A stretch of 64,000 bases of DNA from Lingula anatina. Its lineage: Eukaryota; Animalia; Brachiopoda. A program made the translations under genes and the position numbers. Under the pieces are notes generated by a model. It did not search any database. It saw only the letters and a program-made list of their open reading frames with translations, and was not told where the DNA came from. The stretch covers positions 25,734,848 through 25,798,847 of the forward strand of contig CM120643.1 in assembly GCA_051362555.1 (NCBI GenBank), read 5' to 3'. Positions 62,937-64,000 of the stretch are shown one piece after another (position 1 is the first letter of the stretch; every line of letters starts with the position of its first letter).

Positions 62937-63124
62937 GTAAGTAGAAAAACTAAATAAACAAATTCACTCATTTCTATGGTGAACTATTTGCCTGATAGTT
63001 TTCATCAACTTTTAAGTTTACAAAGGATTTACAGTGTGAAAAGCATTTCAGAAAGAAATCTTCATTTTGCAAACATTTGGTGGCTAAAAATCAAAAATTT
63101 ATATCCCATACATTTCCTTCTTAG

Positions 63125-63333
63125 GTTAAAGCTGGATCACAGAAACCCTCCAAAGAAATCTTCTGATGTTGCCAGCAGGTTCCAGGGAAGTCAGAGATTG
63201 GTAGTGATAGGTGGATTAGTCTACAGATCATCCAGGACTAGACTAAATAAGACTAGCTCTGTAGACTCTACTACTACAAAACAGCACAGAAACCCATGCA
63301 TTGTTAAAAGTAGGTTACTTTTAAGTGCTACAG
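63125..63333 (+). CDS. ZC3H3: ZC3H3-like exon 4
   Basis: LVVIGGLVYRSSRTRLNKT resembles the ZC3H3 motif V.IGG..Y..S..KL.KT. Donor ambiguous (63309 or 63333, both phase 1). Confidence 0.72.
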
Positions 63334-63574
63334 GTATCTCTGGTAGTGCTTTACGTACAAATCTCTTTATTTAGTTACAGTCAATATACAAAATTTTATG
63401 TTTCTAAATGCCAGTGATGTAAACCCATATAACATGACTGCAACCAAATTGGTCATTTGTTAGTAGAGGGGGGGGGGAGCTAACTTTGTTGTTATTGTCA
63501 ATAATTAGATTTCTTAACTTAAGTATGTATTGAAAGATTTTTTTATCACAGACAGAAAAAAATATTTTTTCCAG

Positions 63575-63676
63575 GATTGAATACCAGAAAGATGAAGACC
63601 ATCACAGTGAGGGGAGAGAAATTCAACATGGATCCCAGTGGAAAAACTCTACACAGAATTGACTTAAATGCAACGG
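63575..63676 (+). CDS. ZC3H3: ZC3H3-like exon 5
   Basis: ttttttccag acceptor, MKTITVRGEKFNMDPSGKTLHRI, G|gtaatg donor. Confidence 0.78.
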
Positions 63677-63968
63677 GTAATGTAGTGTTTGTTTTATAGT
63701 CTGTGATTAAGTAAATGTTCACAGGTGCTCTGTTTAAAAAAGCATAAAAATTACTATAAAGAATTTATTTTCTCATCAAATTAGATTTTATATTGAACTT
63801 TATTTAAAAGCTGTTATGAGTAAGAAAATGCTATACGCTAGATCACAGAAACCCAGTGAAAACTTGTTTTCAAGCTCCAGGACACGTTAATGTAACCAGT
63901 ACACCTGATTTTTTGCTGGATATACAGTTGAAAAAAAAAAAAGGAAATGTTTACTACTTATTTTCCAG

Positions 63969-64000
63969 CCTCACCAAAGAAAGGAGACTCGAGGCCCAGG
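63969..64000 (+). CDS. ZC3H3: ZC3H3-like exon 6 (cut by window edge)
   Basis: ttttccag acceptor, open in the expected phase (SPKKGDSRPR). The zinc fingers would lie beyond the window. Confidence 0.55.

Overview
AT-rich, CpG-poor, intron-containing eukaryotic DNA; the gene content and repeats suggest a bilaterian invertebrate, but the species cannot be determined. I reconstructed three spliced genes by hand from GT-AG junctions with consistent intron phases. (1) An ADAMTS16/18-like secreted metalloprotease on the minus strand: 19 coding exons from an ATG at 33860, running off the left edge. (2) A complete SMPD3 (neutral sphingomyelinase 2)-like gene on the minus strand: 7 coding exons, 59669..54400, about 651 aa. 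(3) The 5' part of a ZC3H3-like gene on the plus strand (ATG at 60500), head-to-head with SMPD3 across a CpG-richer promoter. Introns and the ~20 kb intergenic region hold microsatellites, minisatellites and several non-autonomous DNA transposons: PIF/Harbinger-type MITEs with 3-bp TSDs, a CAG-ended family with 5-bp TSDs, and a possible Kolobok derivative. The most unusual feature is ADAMTS intron 15, where BOTH splice sites were amplified by independent tandem duplications. It has 4 in-frame donors 36 nt apart and 12 acceptors 50 nt apart, and each extra acceptor unit forms a frame-preserving 15-nt microexon followed by GTAAGT. Gene names rest on recalled family motifs, not on database searches.
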